A model generated the notes under the pieces. That model was not told the DNA's origin and did not search any database. It saw only the letters and a program-made list of their open reading frames with translations. From Elainellaceae cyanobacterium (GTDB lineage Bacteria > Cyanobacteriota > Cyanobacteriia > CAZCXK01), in NCBI GenBank assembly GCA_051117555.1, contig JBNPEG010000042.1:1-19087 (forward strand): a stretch of 19,087 bases of DNA, in the 5' to 3' direction. Positions 17,075 through 19,087 of the stretch are shown here, piece after piece (the first letter of the stretch is position 1; the number at the start of each line of letters is the position of its first letter). A program made the position numbers and the translations under genes.

Positions 17075-18514
17075 TTAGGATGAACCCGTCTGCCGCTGAG
17101 CGAACTCGCGACATGCCTGCAAAAACCGGGTCGGGATATCTGGCCGACTGCCCCAATGAAGATGAACATACGAGGCATGGAGTTGGTGCGATCGCCAGCC
17201 GTCTAACCGAGCAGCCATCTGCGCGTCATATCCTCGCATCTCATAGACCGGATGGGGAGAGTCTGTCTCCAAGACCGATCGATGAAACTCGTGTCCCCAA
17301 ACATCATCCCCACGAATCAGCAGTGGAGTGTCGTGACATGCCACTGCTCGCCGATACCCCAGGGTCAACCGTTTTCCCATGCGGACACTGAGAGAAATTA
17401 CGCCCACCATTGACCATGCTTGTTCAGAAAAGTCGATGAGGCGATCGCACAGATACATCAATCCCCCACATTCCGCATAGGTGGGCATGCCGTTATTCAC
17501 CGCTAGCTTCACCGCTTCTTTGGCGGCGTGATTGCTGGCGAGTTGTGCAGCAAACATCTCAGGAAACCCCCCACCCAAATACAGCCCGCTGATGCCATCA
17601 GGCAGGTCCTGATCACAAAGCGGACTCCAGAAGACTAGCTCGGCTCCAAGTTGAATCAACAGGTCAAAATTGTCGGCGTAGTAGAAGTTGAATGCTGGGT
17701 CGTAGGCGACGGCAAGTTTGAGGGAGTGCGGGAGTGGGGGAGGGGATGAGGGGGAGGATGGATGAGGGGATGAGGGGATGAGGGGATGAGGGAATGAGGG
17801 GGAGTAGGGGGGAGTTTGGGTGCTGAGTTGAGGCAGCAAGGAAGACCAGTCGAACCAGGTTTCAGCGAGTGTTGCGAGTTGACGAATGCGAGTATCTAGT
17901 TCAGAAAGTTCGTCCGTGGGAATCAGCCCCAAATGGCGACTCGGAAGGGTGATATCGTCGCGTCGTCTGAGAATTCCTAGAATCGGAAGGGGTTGGGGTT
18001 GAGATGCCAGAGAAGATTTGAGCAGGTCAAGGTGGCGATCGCTCCCGACTCGATTCAGAATGATCCCAGCAAATTTGAGCCGCCTATCGAAGGTCGTATA
18101 CCCATGCACCAACGCTGCGATCGACCGAGATAATCGGCTACAGTCGAGCACCAATAGAATCGGCACGTCGAGCAGTCGAGCAATATGAGCCGTGCTTGCC
18201 CAATCATGCTCGCCACTGGCCCCGTCAAATAAGCCCATCACTCCTTCGATCAGCGCAAAATCGGCAGCATGCTGATGGGTTTCATAACATTGCCGAACAT
18301 AGTCTTCAGAGGTCAGCACAGGGTCAAGATTTCGACACGGCTGCCCAGTCACATGCCGATGAAACATGGGATCGATATAGTCAGGTCCCACTTTGAAGGA
18401 TTGAATTTTGGCAGACTTTGAGAGGGTAGAAGAAAACCGTAAATAGGCAAGAAGGGCAAGGGTCACGGTGGTTTTACCCACACCACTGCGTTCTCCTGCA
18501 ATCACAAGCACCAT
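17075..18514 (-). CDS. cobB: Cobyrinate (hydrogenobyrinate) a,c-diamide synthase CobB/CbiA
   Basis: SGVGKTT P-loop, FKVGPDYIDP, EGVMGLFDG, RHLGL, AFNFYY, GGGFPE, YAECGGLMYL (GATase Cys), GHEFH, SYVHLH. Confidence 0.97.
   Translation of the reverse strand: MVLVIAGERSGVGKTTVTLALLAYLRFSSTLSKSAKIQSFKVGPDYIDPMFHRHVTGQPCRNLDPVLTSEDYVRQCYETHQHAADFALIEGVMGLFDGASGEHDWASTAHIARLLDVPILLVLDCSRLSRSIAALVHGYTTFDRRLKFAGIILNRVGSDRHLDLLKSSLASQPQPLPILGILRRRDDITLPSRHLGLIPTDELSELDTRIRQLATLAETWFDWSSLLPQLSTQTPPYSPSFPHPLIPSSPHPSSPSSPPPLPHSLKLAVAYDPAFNFYYADNFDLLIQLGAELVFWSPLCDQDLPDGISGLYLGGGFPEMFAAQLASNHAAKEAVKLAVNNGMPTYAECGGLMYLCDRLIDFSEQAWSMVGVISLSVRMGKRLTLGYRRAVACHDTPLLIRGDDVWGHEFHRSVLETDSPHPVYEMRGYDAQMAARLDGWRSHQLHASYVHLHWGSRPDIPTRFLQACREFAQRQTGSS
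17721..17816. repeat. G-rich octamer repeat tract (consensus GATGAGGG) inserted in frame in cobB
   Basis: Four consecutive perfect GATGAGGG at 17761-17792, one more at 17745, plus degenerate units in the same 8-bp register; encodes the Pro/Ser-rich linker TPPYSPSFPHPLIPSSPHPSSPSSPPPLPHSL. Confidence 0.9.
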
Positions 18515-18593
18515 AAGTCACCCGAGCGGACGGCACGCCCATGTCAAACGGAGATTTTTCCTAAATCCTACATATAATGGCACATCAGTTCAC

Positions 18594-18637
18594 GTAGCGC
18601 CGTTAGCGCCAACAGCGTCGCGCCAGCGTAACGCACC
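18594..18637 (+). repeat. Degenerate GTAG-type REP-like hairpin
   Basis: GTAG tetranucleotide followed by CGTTAGCGC...GCGTAACG(CACC), an imperfect inverted repeat with one bulge. Confidence 0.45.
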
Positions 18638-18691
18638 CCGTCAATTGGGAATACCTTCTGGTGTCATTACACATATGGGACTTACGCAAAC

Positions 18692-18817
18692 CTTGCCATC
18701 TACCAAAATCGAGAGCAAGCCCGTCAACGGGGGATTGCAGCCGCTCAGTTTATACAAGATTGGACATGGGATAAACAGGTGAAACGGCTGCTCAATGCCA
18801 TTCAAGATCTGGTGTAG
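18692..18817 (+). pseudogene. 3' remnant of a GT4-like glycosyltransferase gene
   Basis: Translates as LAIYQNREQARQRGIAAAQFIQDWTWDKQVKRLLNAIQDLV*, resembling the terminal helices of GT-B/GT4 enzymes. In-frame TAA at 18629-18631 upstream with no ATG in between. Confidence 0.55.
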
Positions 18818-18957
18818 CAAAATCGATCCGTTACTCGATTCGATTAACCCCTTATTGAATGCGATCGCCCCTCAAAGCAAGGCAATGGTTCTCACAAACA
18901 AACGGAATTGGAACTTGAAGAACGTTCACGGCGTATCGTTCGAATGAATTAGCGCGG

Positions 18958-19087
18958 CGAACTAAAGGAATGAGCACTCAAACTAAAGGAACGGACACCC
19001 AAACTAAAGGAATGGGCAACCAAACTAAAGGAAAGAGGGCTCGAACTAAAGGAAATGAGTCTCAAACTAAAGGAAATGAGTCTCAAA
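18958..19087. repeat. 21-bp-period array: conserved CRAACTAAAGGAA + 8-nt variable segment, 6 full units, continues past window end
   Basis: Units start at 18958, 18979, 19000, 19021, 19042, 19063 and 19084 (partial). Confidence 0.95.

Larger units (their letters stand above)
717..18868. repeat. Dispersed HIP1 octamers GCGATCGC (~31 copies)
   Basis: Counted by eye, e.g. 717, 1482, 2080, 3117, 4015, 4078, 4391, 8702, 14022, 18861; fewer than one copy expected by chance in 19 kb. Confidence 0.95.

Noticed and set aside
1234..18396. Other short ORFs nested in or antisense to the main genes (e.g. 1909..2268, 6794..7081, 12582..12929, 14561..14905, 16441..16779, 17080..17391)
   Set aside because: They overlap confidently assigned genes and show no independent coding evidence.
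18515..18700. Cobalamin riboswitch upstream of cobB
   Set aside because: No B12-box (GCCACTG / GGGAAG) pattern on the minus strand.
18468..18782. 104-aa ORF on + strand
   Set aside because: Overlaps the cobB start, crosses repeat debris, has no recognisable motif, and the protein-like signal here is in another frame (GT remnant).
18848..18952. Short frames after the GT remnant (e.g. ...KQTELELEERSRRIVRMN*)
   Set aside because: No start codon and no recognisable family; may be another gene remnant but cannot be supported.
18958..19087. CRISPR array
   Set aside because: The 13-nt repeat and 8-nt variable segments are far too short, the segments resemble each other (two are identical), and no cas genes are in the window.

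Overview
Cyanobacterial chromosomal segment: about 31 HIP1 octamers (GCGATCGC) counted by eye, and a cyanobacterial gene set. Most of it is housekeeping: M23 peptidase, birA, pgeF, a TPR protein, a three-gene ArsP/YcgR permease - TIGR03943/YcgQ - Ig/beta-propeller operon, an orphan SAM-methyltransferase-like gene, ribE, DUF151 nuclease plus an Fe-S aldo/keto reductase, mreBCD, ssb, a DUF4349 lipoprotein and cobB/cbiA. Both edges look accessory. Left: the 5' 783 bp of a GC-rich (~60% vs ~50%) Type IIG/ISP-like DNA methyltransferase gene that the ORF track misses and that has an atypical N-terminus. Right (18515-19087): a degenerate REP-like hairpin, an IS/MITE-end-like 12-mer, a startless glycosyltransferase 3' remnant, and a 21-bp-period array (13-nt conserved core + 8-nt variable segment) running off the window, which is the best candidate for an undescribed element. 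Also present: a perfect 13-bp VNTR anchored on the mreB stop codon, an in-frame G-rich octamer insertion in cobB, and a perfect 20-bp palindrome. No rRNA, tRNA, CRISPR array or intact transposase was seen. All family calls come from motif recognition, not database searches.
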